A stretch of DNA of 64,000 nt, from contig CAVYSY010000050.1 of NCBI GenBank assembly GCA_963771175.1, positions 145,167 to 209,166 of the forward strand, read 5' to 3'. The DNA is from an uncultured delta proteobacterium. GTDB taxonomy: Bacteria; Myxococcota; Myxococcia; Myxococcales; Myxococcaceae. Within the stretch, counting starts at the first letter, position 1. Each line of letters starts with the position of its first letter. Below the pieces are notes generated by a model that had not been told where the DNA came from, made no database searches, and saw nothing but the letters and a program-made list of their open reading frames with translations. Positions 53,682 to 64,000 of this stretch are shown here, one piece after another. The translations under genes and the position numbers were made by a program.

Positions 53682-55753
53682 GCACGCAGAGCACCGCAGG
53701 ACAGACCGCCGCTCCGGCCCAGAATGCCTTGAGGGAGACCGAGTCGGCCCGCCTGAGCGCGGGATATCGGGACTCCATCTCCTTCGTGCTCGTTCCGCGG
53801 ACCTCCATCACGTTCGACCCGATGGACGCCGCGGCCATGCGGAACCTCGCGAGCCCGAGCGAGCTGCTCATCGACGTCCCCATCCGTGGCAAGGGCAAGA
53901 ACTTCAAGCCCGGGGACGTGCCGTGTGGGCTCACCTGGTTGGTGACGAGTGCGGGGAAGACGGCGTCGTACCCCGTGGATGGCGCGGTGATGAAGGTCGC
54001 GCCGGATGGGAAGTTCCACGTCGAGGTCGAGGGCAAGACTCCCGTCATCGATGTGGTGGCCCAGCGTCTGGTCGGGGAGGGGCTGGTGGGGTTCTCCCTC
54101 TCGCCGGACTTTCCCCACGCCGACACGGCCACCTTCCCGCCGTCCCTCCGGTTTAAAAACACCTGCGCCGTCAACACGAAGCTGCCCAAGCCGGAGGAGA
54201 TGCTCCTGGGAGCGCTCGTGACCTTCTCTCCCGACTTCGGGTGGATCTTCAAGAAGGCGGAGCTCGAACTGCGCGTCATCGAGGTGGATGACGGCTCGAC
54301 CGAGATCGCGGCCGGGACTCCTCGGAGCGCCTTTTCGCACCGGTGGGAGGCGGGAAGCTGGTGGTCGGGCGACCGGGAGTGGGCAATTGGCTTCACGGAC
54401 GACTCCTGTGAGCAGCTCGCGGACGTGGGCGAGGAGGAAGTCGGAAGCTACGAGTTTGGCTGGCAGCTCTGGGGGGCAAGCCGGGCGGGCGGCCCACAGA
54501 CGCTGCTGCTCGAACAGAGGGACTTCATCCGGCTCCCGAAGCCGAAGCTCGAGGACTTCAGACTCGATTACGACAGGACCTGGCAAGGCACCTGGGAGGT
54601 GAGCGGAAAGATCTCGGGCGTGGCCCCGCGCGCCAATCTCATGTTCGAGGTGGCGCTGGTGGAACCGGCGGCGGCCGCCGGGTCGGAGCCCCCGGACTAC
54701 CGTGCCACCAGAATCCAGATTGCTTTGCAGGATGACGGGGTCTTCGAGGGATATCTGGGAGAACGACACCTGCCCTGGGCCGCCGATCCCCTGGCGCCCG
54801 CGGTGCCTGCGGTGCCCCTGAAGCCCACGGCGCCTCTGGCACCGCTCTGCCTCATTCCCGAGGCAGAGCCGCGGGCCTTCGCGATCCTCGCGTTCCCGGC
54901 CGCGGCGCGCGACGGCAAGCCAGGCCCCATGGCGGCCTACCTGGACTTCGACGAGGCCAGGTACTCCGCCTTCAAGGGGCAGGGACTGTCCTGGGATCCG
55001 GATGCCGACTGGATCTGCTCGGAGGAGGGGGTCACGCTGATGCAGCGGCCCCCGAAGCCGAAGCGGCGCAAGTCGGGACTCACCACGAACCCAGCGCCGC
55101 CGGTCGAGACGGGAGACCAGAAAGGGGCCATCACCTTCGACGAGATGTGGCTCGACATCACCGCCTGGGAGGGGGTCGTTGCGTACATGTACCGGGACAC
55201 TGAGGGCCATGTGACAGTGGGGGCCGGCAATCTGCTCAGCCGCCTGGAGAAGAACGGTCCCAACGACAAGATGGCGGCCAAGGGGCTGCCCTTCCAGAAC
55301 ATGGACACAGGCAAGCCGGCGACGGAGGCGGAAATCGAAAGGGCCTTCCGTGGCGTCCAGGCGCTGCCCAAGGCCATGTGGGCCACGGAGTACGCGCTGC
55401 GGCCGAGCATCGCTCTCACCGACCAGACCATCCGTGCTCTCGCCAAGGAGCGGCTCGTCGGGGAGTTCCTCCCTCACCTCGAGCGCTACTTCCCCGACTT
55501 CCACAGCTATCCCCGCGCCGCCCGTCGCGGGCTGCTCGATATCGTCTACAACGTGGGGGTGGGCAAGTTCCCGGGAAAGGGAAACAAGCCGGGCAAGGAC
55601 TTCCTGTTCGACAATTTCACCAAGGCCGCGAGGGCCCGGAACTGGACCGTTGCCGCTGAGAATTGCCACACCTCGGGCACGCCCGAGAACCGGAACGCTT
55701 GGCGCAAGGCACTCTTCCTGTACGCCGCCACTGTCGAGGCGAAGAAGACGTAG
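53678..55753 (+). CDS. Protein with an unknown N-terminal region and a C-terminal phage/T4-type (GH24-like) lysozyme domain
   Basis: WEGVVAYMYRDTEGHVTVGAGNL gives an E-x8-D-x5-T triad; LLDIVYNVGVG, F..AARARNW..AA.E, RN.W; ATGA overlap with the upstream gene. Confidence 0.8.
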   Translation: MSTQSTAGQTAAPAQNALRETESARLSAGYRDSISFVLVPRTSITFDPMDAAAMRNLASPSELLIDVPIRGKGKNFKPGDVPCGLTWLVTSAGKTASYPVDGAVMKVAPDGKFHVEVEGKTPVIDVVAQRLVGEGLVGFSLSPDFPHADTATFPPSLRFKNTCAVNTKLPKPEEMLLGALVTFSPDFGWIFKKAELELRVIEVDDGSTEIAAGTPRSAFSHRWEAGSWWSGDREWAIGFTDDSCEQLADVGEEEVGSYEFGWQLWGASRAGGPQTLLLEQRDFIRLPKPKLEDFRLDYDRTWQGTWEVSGKISGVAPRANLMFEVALVEPAAAAGSEPPDYRATRIQIALQDDGVFEGYLGERHLPWAADPLAPAVPAVPLKPTAPLAPLCLIPEAEPRAFAILAFPAAARDGKPGPMAAYLDFDEARYSAFKGQGLSWDPDADWICSEEGVTLMQRPPKPKRRKSGLTTNPAPPVETGDQKGAITFDEMWLDITAWEGVVAYMYRDTEGHVTVGAGNLLSRLEKNGPNDKMAAKGLPFQNMDTGKPATEAEIERAFRGVQALPKAMWATEYALRPSIALTDQTIRALAKERLVGEFLPHLERYFPDFHSYPRAARRGLLDIVYNVGVGKFPGKGNKPGKDFLFDNFTKAARARNWTVAAENCHTSGTPENRNAWRKALFLYAATVEAKKT

Positions 55754-55859
55754 GCGTGATCGTCGCGGGGGGCCCACCGCACGGTTGGAGTGGCTGCTCT
55801 TTGGAGCGCCCAGCTTGCGAACTCCCGGATTTATCGAATGCTCTCGAGGCCTGACTGGT

Positions 55860-55934
55860 CCCGAGGGGATCACCTCGATACGGCCCGGCACGTCGGTGGC
55901 AGCTTGCCCCGCGTGCCGGGCTTCACCGTTTCAG
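55860..55934 (+). repeat. Right copy of the ~75-bp direct repeat
   Basis: cccgaggggatcacctcgatacggcccggcacgtcggtggcagcttgccccgcgtgccgggcttcaccgtttcag; differs from the left copy by a few substitutions and single-base indels. Confidence 0.9.
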
Positions 55935-56015
55935 CGCTTCCCCTGGAAGCGCACCCCTCCCGAGAGGGGGGGCGGTGCGTTGCAGCCTCGGAGATCGCTC
56001 GATTAATCTGTCCCC

Positions 56016-57020
56016 ATGGAAGAGGATGCTGGTGACAGCGGGTCGGAAACATCGGGGAACGGGCAGGCGGATGCTTTCGAGAGTGAACTCGAGAGCGTCG
56101 GCTCTCAGGCGGCCTACGATGCGTTCCTCGGTGCCGCGAAGCTCCTCGACCCAAGCGTCATCGAAGAGTGCTGTGCCGACGTCGTGCTCGCCTACCACAA
56201 CGTGTCGCGCGGCGTTGAGAACGTGCTGGGCAGCGGGGCGGTGGTCGTCGGCAAGCTGCCCGACGTGAACGTGGTGGAGCTCTCGCTGCTCCCGCGACTC
56301 GCCCAGGGGTTGGTCTTCGCCGCGCTGCAGGTGCATCGCGAACTCCGGAGTGCACCGTTCGGGGTGCTCTTCGAGCGGGCGCAAGTCCTGCGTCGCAAGC
56401 TGCGCAAGGCCGCCGATGCCCTTGCCGAGGCGGGCCTCCTTGCCGATGCCGACATCGATGAAGTCCGGCTCCAGGTTCGGCAAGATGTCCTGGAGGACTG
56501 TCTGGCGCTCGCCGCGTTGTTTCGGAGGAACGAGGGGAGGATCACCGGCCGCTCGCCGGTAGCCGCCGCCGATCTCCGCGAGGCGGAGCAGGTCGCCGAC
56601 AAGCTGCGAACGATGCTCGGGCAGCAAGGGGACGCGGTCGAAGGGGGGGCACCGTCCCTCGTCAAGGTCATCGAGATGCGCGACCGGTTCTGGACGCTGT
56701 TGTTCCAGCGCTACGACGTCCTCTGGCGATGTGGTGCGTGGCTCTACGGCCGTGCGGTCGATGAGCGCGTGCCTCCGCTCCCGATCCGGCAGTCGGTCTT
56801 CCGGAAGTTCCGGAGTGCGCCGGTCGCGCGTGACGCAACGCGGACGGTGTCGGAGCAGCGGCGCATCGTCAGTCCTCCTCCCCTCATGCCCACACGCGTG
56901 AGCACGCCTTCCAGTGGGCCCGCGCGCGACTCGGCCCGGCACCTGAATGATTTGCAGCGTGAGTTGGAGCGGAAGACCCGATTCCTCGTCCGGATCGGCG
57001 CCATTCCGCCCCAGCGCTGA
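56016..57020 (+). CDS. Hypothetical protein
   Basis: 334-aa ORF, mostly helical; its 3' part is duplicated downstream with synonymous-type divergence, which supports coding status. Confidence 0.7.
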   Translation: MEEDAGDSGSETSGNGQADAFESELESVGSQAAYDAFLGAAKLLDPSVIEECCADVVLAYHNVSRGVENVLGSGAVVVGKLPDVNVVELSLLPRLAQGLVFAALQVHRELRSAPFGVLFERAQVLRRKLRKAADALAEAGLLADADIDEVRLQVRQDVLEDCLALAALFRRNEGRITGRSPVAAADLREAEQVADKLRTMLGQQGDAVEGGAPSLVKVIEMRDRFWTLLFQRYDVLWRCGAWLYGRAVDERVPPLPIRQSVFRKFRSAPVARDATRTVSEQRRIVSPPPLMPTRVSTPSSGPARDSARHLNDLQRELERKTRFLVRIGAIPPQR

Positions 57021-57031
57021 TCTGGGAAGGG

Positions 57032-57113
57032 TGAGCCTGCCCCGGGGTTTTGTGGACACCCCCATAAGTCGGCTACACGGGAGGTAGTGTCCATGGAGCG
57101 AAGGAAGAGGCGG
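57032..57113 (+). mobile_element. IS3-family left-end remnant (IRL + start of orfA)
   Basis: TGAGCCTGCCCCGGGGTTTTGTGGACACC resembles IS3/IS51-group IRLs (TGAxCxGCCCCG...); RBS GGGAGG, then ATG 57093 MERRKRR as in orfA N-termini; internal ggacac/gtgtcc inverted repeat. Confidence 0.7.
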
Positions 57114-57551
57114 AGCAGGTCGCCGACAAGCTGAGAGCGATGCTCGGGCTGCAAGGGGACGCGCGCGATGGGGGGGGCACCGTCCCTCGTCAAGGTCATC
57201 GAGATGCGCGACCGGTTCTGGATGTTGTTGTTCCTGCGCTACGACGTGCTCTGGCGGCGCGGTGCGTGGCTCTACGGCCGTGCGATCGATGATCGCGTGC
57301 CACCGCTGCCGGTCCGGCAGGCGTTGATCGGTAAGGCCCGGAGCGCGCCGGTCGAACGGAATGCCGCGCAGCCCGTGCCGGAACGGCGGCGGAGCATGAG
57401 TCCTCCGTCTCCCATGCCCTCACCGGTGAGCCCGTCCTCCAGTGTGCTCGTGGTGCGTGACTCAGCCCGACACTTGCACGATCTGCAGCGGGAACTGGAG
57501 CGAAAGGCCCGGTTCCTCGTCCGGATTGGCGTCGTTCCGCCCCGGAGCTGA
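57107..57551 (+). pseudogene. 5'-truncated paralog of 56016-57020 (copy of 56580-57020)
   Basis: gaggcggagcaggtcgccgacaagctg...GGAPSLVKVIEMRDRFW..LF.RYDVLWR.GAWLYGRA...RDSARHL.DLQRELERK.RFLVRIG occurs in both copies. Confidence 0.8.
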
Positions 57552-57587
57552 GCAGGCCCCTCTTCTCGAAATCCCCGCCGCCCGGCT

Positions 57588-57940
57588 ATTAGGCCGCCGC
57601 AGTTGTCATCGTTGTAGGCCACCTCGGTGCCGCTGACGCCGTACAGGCGCAGGTGGGTATCCCCCGAAACCGAGGATCCCGGCAGGTTGCAGGTGCCCAC
57701 CTCCAGCTTGTCCCCCGCGTTCAGGGTGAAGGTCTTGTTGACGGTGTTCTGCTGGGCGCTGTTGGTGTTGGTCGCGCTGTAGCTGTAGTCGAGGCTGATA
57801 TCGAGCGCGGGGAGCACACTCACTGGGGAGTAGCGATCTGTGGTGGTGGACTCCAGGGCGGGCAGCTGCCCTCGGTGTGGGACGTCTCCCGCCAGGTATG
57901 CGGCTTCGAAGTCCATATTGTCGGTGAGGATGTGCACCAA
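57588..57940 (-). pseudogene. Fragment of a secreted-enzyme gene with a truncated PPC-like accessory domain
   Basis: YSATNTNSAQQNTVNKTFTLNAGDKLEVGTCNLPGSSVSGDTHLRLYG..GTEVAYNDDNCGG is a common myxobacterial C-terminal domain; it breaks off after NDDNCGG and no intact N-terminus is present. Confidence 0.55.
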
Positions 57941-58030
57941 GCTCGTGCCGCTCCTGGAAAAACAAACCCCCGCAGCCTGGAGTGGCGGCAGGGGTCGAGG
58001 ACGGGCTCGGGCTATTTCAGCCCGGTGCCG

Positions 58031-60311
58031 TCAGTTGGTGCACACGTTCCCGCCGTCGTTGTTGCTGAAGGTGTTGAAGCTGAAGTCATACGTGACGGCG
58101 CTGGTGCCGGAGCGGGTTCCGTCGCTCCTGGTGACACCGCATCCAGACGAGTCAGTGAAATGGCTGTTCCCTACATAGAAAAAGGTGACGGTGCTCATGT
58201 AGACGTTCAGGTTGCCCGTGCCGACGCTGGAGCCGGGGCCGCCCGCCCCGGCATGAGTGATGCGGGTGAATTCAAGAGCGGTGTCAGCGACATCCCAGAA
58301 GTGCAGCCCGCGCCAGAATCCCTTGGTGGGAGTGAGCGTGTCCGGGACAAAGTGGATTCGCTCCTCATAGGTTCCGAGCGCCATCAGCTTACCGGGCCTT
58401 CCATCGGCGCCGACACTGATTCCACCTGCCGGGCCAAACCGCACTTCCGTGCCCGGCTGAAGGGTCAGCGTCTGGCGAGTGCTGCCACCTACGTCCATGA
58501 AATGGTTGATCACGTAGGGAATGCTGAGTTTCGGCCACGTCAGGGTGGAGTACACGTGGCCCACGCGGATCAGCACCGCGTCGCGTCCATTGCCGCTGAA
58601 GGTGCCGCCGGTGGGGATGGAGGCAGCGTCGTTGGGCTCCACGGCAATGGCGTAGCTGCCGTTGTCGTGCGCGCGAAGTGCAGTCGAGCCCGGGCCGAAG
58701 GCTGCGCCTGAGTCCAGGACGAAGCCGTACAGGCTGCTCTTCCGAACCGTGACGTTATCAATGACGGGGCGGGCTGGTGCCCCACTGATCGTCAGGTTTC
58801 CGAGACTGTCGCTATTCTTGCCTCCCCCGTACTCGATGACAGCGTGGGAGATGCGGGTGTTGCCGGACTGATCACCCACGATCAGGCCCAGCCAGTGGCC
58901 GGGCTGGGGGTTGTCCGAATCCGCGGAGAAGAGGACGGGAGCGTCCGGGGCTCCATTCACGAGCAGCGTTCCCGGATCGCGACCGCCGGGGCGCAGAGTG
59001 CAGTCAGGCCCGAAGCGCAACACCGTGCCGGCGGGAATGGTGAGGGTGGGCTTGGTGGTAACGTCTCTTACTTCGACATAATCGTTCACGACGTAGGGGA
59101 TGCCAAGATTCGGCCAGGTCTGCGTGGCGGGAGACACTGCCCCGGAGCTCGATGGCCTGGCGGGTGTTGCTGGTGAAGCTGCTCTCGGGGGGAAGCGTAC
59201 CGGCCTGATTGGAGCCGATGCGCACCGCGTACCCCTCGCTCCCGGAGACGCTGAGGGTGGTGGACTCCGCGCCGAAGGCACTGCCATCATCGGCCACCAG
59301 CACGCCTGCGGAGCCGCTGTCGCGCACCGATACGTGGCGGAGCACCGGCGCGGCTTGGTTCTCCAGGGCGAGGCAGGCGCCCCTGCCCTGGGCATTGCCA
59401 CAGTGACTCAACGTGACATGGTTGAGCTCCGAGGTACTCCCCGCGGCGGCGAGCACCACGCCGCGCCAGTAACCCTTGGTGGGCGCGCTCTGTCTAGCCA
59501 CTATGCGGATGGGCGCCTCCTGGGTTCCCATCGCCCGGAGTTCCCCGGTGGTGACGCGCAGCTCGGAGTCCTGATCGAAGCGGAGCTCCACCCCCGCCTC
59601 GATGGTGAGCGTGGCGCCACCGAGGACCTCAAGGGCGCCGCGCACCACGTGCGGGTTGTTGGCCGCGAGCCACGTCTCGCTGGCGGTGATGGAGGTGTCA
59701 TGGAGGGTGGGCTGGACGAGCGTGAGGGTGGCCTGCCCCTCCTTGGTGACCCCGCCCCAGGTGGCACTGGCGCGAATGGCCGGCGTTCCCCTGGCGAGGG
59801 CGGTGACCTTGCCCGTCGAGTCCACCTGCGCCACAGAGGTGTCGCTGGACGTCCAGGTATAGCCAGTAGGGGTGAGGGGCTGACCGCTCACATCGGTGGC
59901 GTTGGCCGTGCATTGCGAGGACTGCCCGGTCTCCAGGGAGGTGGGGTTACAGCTCACAGTGACGCCGCCCAGTTGTGGCGTGACCGAGAGGGTGGCCTGG
60001 CCCGCCTGGGTGACCTCGTTCTCGGTGGCACTGGCGCGGATGGTCGGCGTTCCGGCGGAGAGGGTGGTGACCTTGCCCGTCGGGTCCACCTGCGCCACGG
60101 AGGTGTCGCTGGACGTCCAGGTGTAGCCGGAGACGGTGAAGGGCTGGCCATCCTGGTCCGTGGCGCTGGCCGTGCACTGCGAGGACTGCCCGGCGACCAC
60201 GGAGGCGGGGGCACATGTCACCGTCACAGCGCTCAGCTTCTGTTCGGGTCCGGGGCATCCGGCGAGCACCACGAGGGTGCCGAGCCAGAGGGACGCCTTG
60301 TTGCGCTTCAT
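58031..60311 (-). CDS. Surface lipoprotein with two Big_2-type Ig domains and parallel beta-helix repeats (frameshift near 59130)
   Basis: Lipobox VLAGC; two copies of C.P.S...GQSSQCTA.ATD..GQP....YTWTSSDTSVAQVD.TGKVT; three LTI.AG..LRF...G.W.G repeats. Confidence 0.8.
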
Positions 60312-60585
60312 GAGCGTTGAACTCCTTTTCTCCTCTTGGGAGGTGCTGGATGATAGGCCGGATGGGGGGCGGGAAGGAATCGTTGGTAGCGGCGGGTCCT
60401 CGTGCCCCGGAACGGAGCATCTGGCCGGTTGCCCGGCGGTTCCGCGATCGGGCAGGGCGACGCGCTTCCTCGGGAATCGCACGGCGTCCCGCCAGCGGCG
60501 CGCTGGGGGGCCATTGCTCCCCGGGTAAAGGGAGGTAAGCTTACGCGCGGGTAGCAACTTATCGCTGTGTTCTGGGGAGGGACAA

Positions 60586-63500
60586 GTGCTCCGATTCAAT
60601 TTCCTGACCGCGGCCCTGGTGCTGGCGGTACTCGCTGCCTGTACACCCTCCGGACCGGAAAGGGTGACCCCGGTGGACTCGCTGGGGCGGACGCCCAGTG
60701 CGCTCGTTGCTGACGCCTCCACCGACGTGCTGTGGTCCGGGGCAATCGAAGGATGCCTCAATTGTCGCACCAGTCCGGGCTACCAATGCGTGACGAACAC
60801 GTCCGGAAATGACAACACATACGCGGCTCTCACTCAGACTTTTCAGGACCCGTTCCCCGGCGCGGTGGTGGTGGCGGTCAAGGCGAAGGTGTATGGCCGA
60901 CTCAGCAACACCGAAGATGGTGATGGTACTGAGACCATCCGCGTCACGCTGAATGGTCGGAATGGTCAGCCCGGTCAGGTCTTGAGCCCCACGCATTCTT
61001 CGTCGGAGAGCAACTGGTGCAACGTGGGCAAGACTTGCGAGACCGCTTGGGAGACACGCTACCCCGACCCCATTCCCGCCACCCCCCCCGCCACCCCCAT
61101 TCCCGGGTACGTCAGCGGCGGTGTGAATACCCTGGTGGTGGAGGTCTCCGGTTCAAACAATGGCAACAAGACGTCTGAGTATTGTCTCTCCCATGTCGAG
61201 CTCACCTTCACCTACCTGCCACGGACCCTCGCGATCCTCATCCCCGACGGCGGCAGTTTGGATTTTGGCAATCAGCAGGAGGGCACCACCAGTGCTCCGC
61301 AGCCCGTAAAGGTGCAAAACACCGGTGAGGCGACTGTCAAGTCGATCACCCCCTCCATCCAGGATGCCGTCGGTGGGACCTTTACCGTTGTCCTGACTCC
61401 CTCTCGGAACTGTGCCATTCGACCTGACTCCGGGCCAAACAAAGGACTTGGTGGTGACGTTCACGCCCGCTGTCGATGGCGGCACGGATGGTGGCGTGGC
61501 CTCGGGCATTCTCTCCTTCACCAGCGATGAAACGGATGCCGGGCTTTCCGGCCAACAATCCGAGGGTGGACCTCCCCCTCTCCGGCAGGGGAGTGCCGTT
61601 CGCCGCCGAGGTGAGCCCCGAGTCGCTCACCTTTGGGGCGCAGCGCGTGAACAGCACGAGCACGGCGCAGACGGTGACCGTGCGCAACGTGGGTGACGTG
61701 CCCTCCGCCTACTTGTTCAATATTACGAAGGTCTACATCGGCCCCGGTGAGCCTTTCGTCGTGACCACGGACGCGGGATTTCCGCAGAAGGTGACGGTGG
61801 GCTCCAGCGTGTCATTCCCCGTGACGTTCAATCCCACGGACGCGGGAGTGGGCCAGGGCACCCTCACCATCGAGACCACTGACCCGGTCAGACCGACTTT
61901 CGACGTCCCCCTATCGGGCACGGGGGTGAAGTCCACCATCGGGCGAGCCCGAACCCACTCACCTTTGAGTCGCAGCTGGTGAAGACCTCCAGCGGCTATC
62001 AGACGGTAACGGTGAGCAACACGGGTTCCGCGAGCCTGAACGTCAGCGCCGTGGCCATCACCAGCGGCCCCTACGAGGTGTCGACGGACGGGGGGTTCCA
62101 GGTTGCGGCGGATGGTGGCTCCTACGACCTCTCGGTGAGGTTCAGTCCCTCGGCCGAGGGCAACCAGCCGGGTGTCCTCACCGTAACGAGCGATGACCCG
62201 GACAGGCCCACGGCCAACCTCCCCCTGTCGGGCACGGGCATCAAGCCCACCATCGTGCTGAGTCCAGACGCGGGCCTCATCTTTGCCGCTCAGAGCGTGA
62301 ACACCTCCAGCGATTGGCAGACGGTCACGGTGAGCAACCCCGGCTCCTCCCAGCTGAACGTCAGCTCCGCGACCATCACCAGCGGACCCTTCGAGGTGTT
62401 GTCGTCCGCTGGGTTCCCGGTGGCGGCGGATGGCGGCACCCACACCCTCTCGGTGCGGTTCAGTCCTATCGTCGCGGGCACGGACCAGTCGGGCACCCTC
62501 GCCGTAGCGAGCGATGACCCGGACAGGCCCACGGTCAACCTCCCCCTGAAGGGCACGGGCATCAAGCCCACCATCGCGCTGAGTCCAACCCCCATCAACT
62601 TCGGTCAGCAGAGAGTGGGCACCACCAGCGGGCCCCAGACGGTGATGGTGCGCAACTCCGGTACCGAGACGCTGAAGGTCAGCGGCGTGACCACCGACGG
62701 ACCCTTCGCGGTGTCGTCGACCGCTGGGTTCGAGTTGGCGCCTGACGGTTCAAAGTCCCTCTCCGTGACGTTCAGCCCCACGAGCGAGGGCTCGCTCTCG
62801 GGCATGCTCACCTTCTCCAGCAATGACCCAAGCACGCCCGCGGCCACCGTCAACCTGTCGGGCTCGGGGGTGAAGCCCATGCTCGCGGTGATCCCAGCAC
62901 CTCCGCCAACGCCCCGCTCGACTTCGGTGAGCAGCGAGTGAACACCCCGAGCGTGGCCAGGGAGGTGACGCTGAGCAATACGGGAAGCGGCCCCATCACC
63001 ATCAACACCGTCTCCGTCGCCCCGCCCTTCTCGGTGGTCACGAGCGGATTGTTCTCGCTGGCGAGTGGGGCGAACAAAGTGCTCTTGGTGACGTTCACTC
63101 CCACGAGCGAGGGCGTGCTTCCGGGCTCGCTCACCCTCACCACGGATTACGAGACCACGCCTTCCGCCACCGTGTACCTCTCCGGCAGGGGGGTGAAGCC
63201 CACCGTCCAGGCGAGTCCCACGGCACTCGACTTTGGCTCCCAGACCGTCGGGACTGCCAGCGCGCCCAAGGAACTGACCGTGAGCAATACCGGCAGTGGT
63301 ACCCTGAAGATTACCGACATCCAGGTGACTGGGCCCTTCGGGCTCGACTCGATGCTGCCGTTCAGCCTGCTGGACGCGGGCAGCTCGAAGACACTTCAGG
63401 TGACGTTCCATCCCATCGAACAGAACTTGGCCACAGGGAGCATCACCTTCAATACCAATGACCCGACCCAGAGCACGGTCACCATCAATCTCGCTGGTGA

Positions 63501-64000
63501 TGGAGAGGTCTTGCTGCACGTGTCCACTACCGCCATCGACTTCGGTGACGTGCCCGTCGGGTCGTTCGCGGAGAGGGATGTCACCTTCACCAATAACGGT
63601 ACCTTCGATATCACTCTCACAACGGTGTCCAGTTCCTCCTCGCGGTTCGAATTGGTGGGTTTCACCCCTGTGATCCTCACGCCTGCCGATCCCAGTAAAA
63701 CCTTCAAGGCGAAGTTCACGCCTGGCACGACTGGGGAGTTCATTGGAACCATCACCGTGGGGAGTACGGCCGATAACAGCCCTCACAGGCTGAGTCTTTC
63801 GGGCAGGGGCAACGAAGCGAGGGCGCAGCTTACCCTTGATGGCGGTACTCCGCTCACCACGCTCAATTTCGGATCCGTGGAGGTCGACAGCGCGAAGCAG
63901 GCGACGGTGCGGCTCACGAACATTGGAGGCGCGCCGCTCGACATGACAGGCGCCGCGGTCGTCACCCGGCTGTCAGATGGTGGGACTGCGCCGTCCGCCG
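60586..64000 (+). CDS. Large lipoprotein with many ASH / choice-of-anchor-D Ig-like repeats; runs off the window (frameshifts near 61405, 61960 and 62900)
   Basis: Lipobox VLAAC; repeated LxFGxQxV...VTVxNxG...VTFxP...GxLxxxSxD...VxLSGxG units; near-identical DNA between adjacent repeats (about 62000-62260 vs 62320-62580). Confidence 0.8.

Noticed and set aside
49223..55753. Prophage lysis cassette
   Set aside because: No holin, spanin, structural, replication or integrase genes; the hydrolase domains sit in large multidomain proteins.

Overview
High-GC myxobacterial chromosome segment (Cystobacterineae-like). The first ~47 kb is mostly conserved backbone: udk, a MetX-fold hydrolase, a HARE-HTH/Mrr-like protein, hom, birA, coaX, then frzS, an anti-sigma factor, an ECF sigma factor (rpoE1-like), ald and a radical SAM gene. 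A beta-propeller/di-heme protein plus a two-component pair follow, then the complete Frz chemosensory locus (frzZ, frzA, B, CD, E, G, F), an ABC exporter, hemB and a tandem Ddl-like ATP-grasp gene. The last ~17 kb is accessory. The most striking element is a ~8.9-kb cassette bracketed by ~75-bp direct repeats of a long hairpin (46960-47036 and 55860-55934). It holds two secreted Cys-containing proteins (candidate immunity proteins), a ~1,480-aa protein with an M15 peptidase domain and a WHIX-like/M23-fold domain, and a translationally coupled protein with a C-terminal T4-type lysozyme domain. This looks like a two-toxin, cell-wall-targeting effector/immunity module. Downstream are an IS3-family left-end scar fused by microhomology to a partial gene duplicate, a truncated gene fragment and two large Ig-fold surface lipoproteins. 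Many genes, including normally essential ones, carry single-base frameshifts, mostly insertions, which are best read as long-read consensus errors. No rRNA, tRNA or CRISPR array was seen. All family assignments come from motif recognition by eye; no database search was run.
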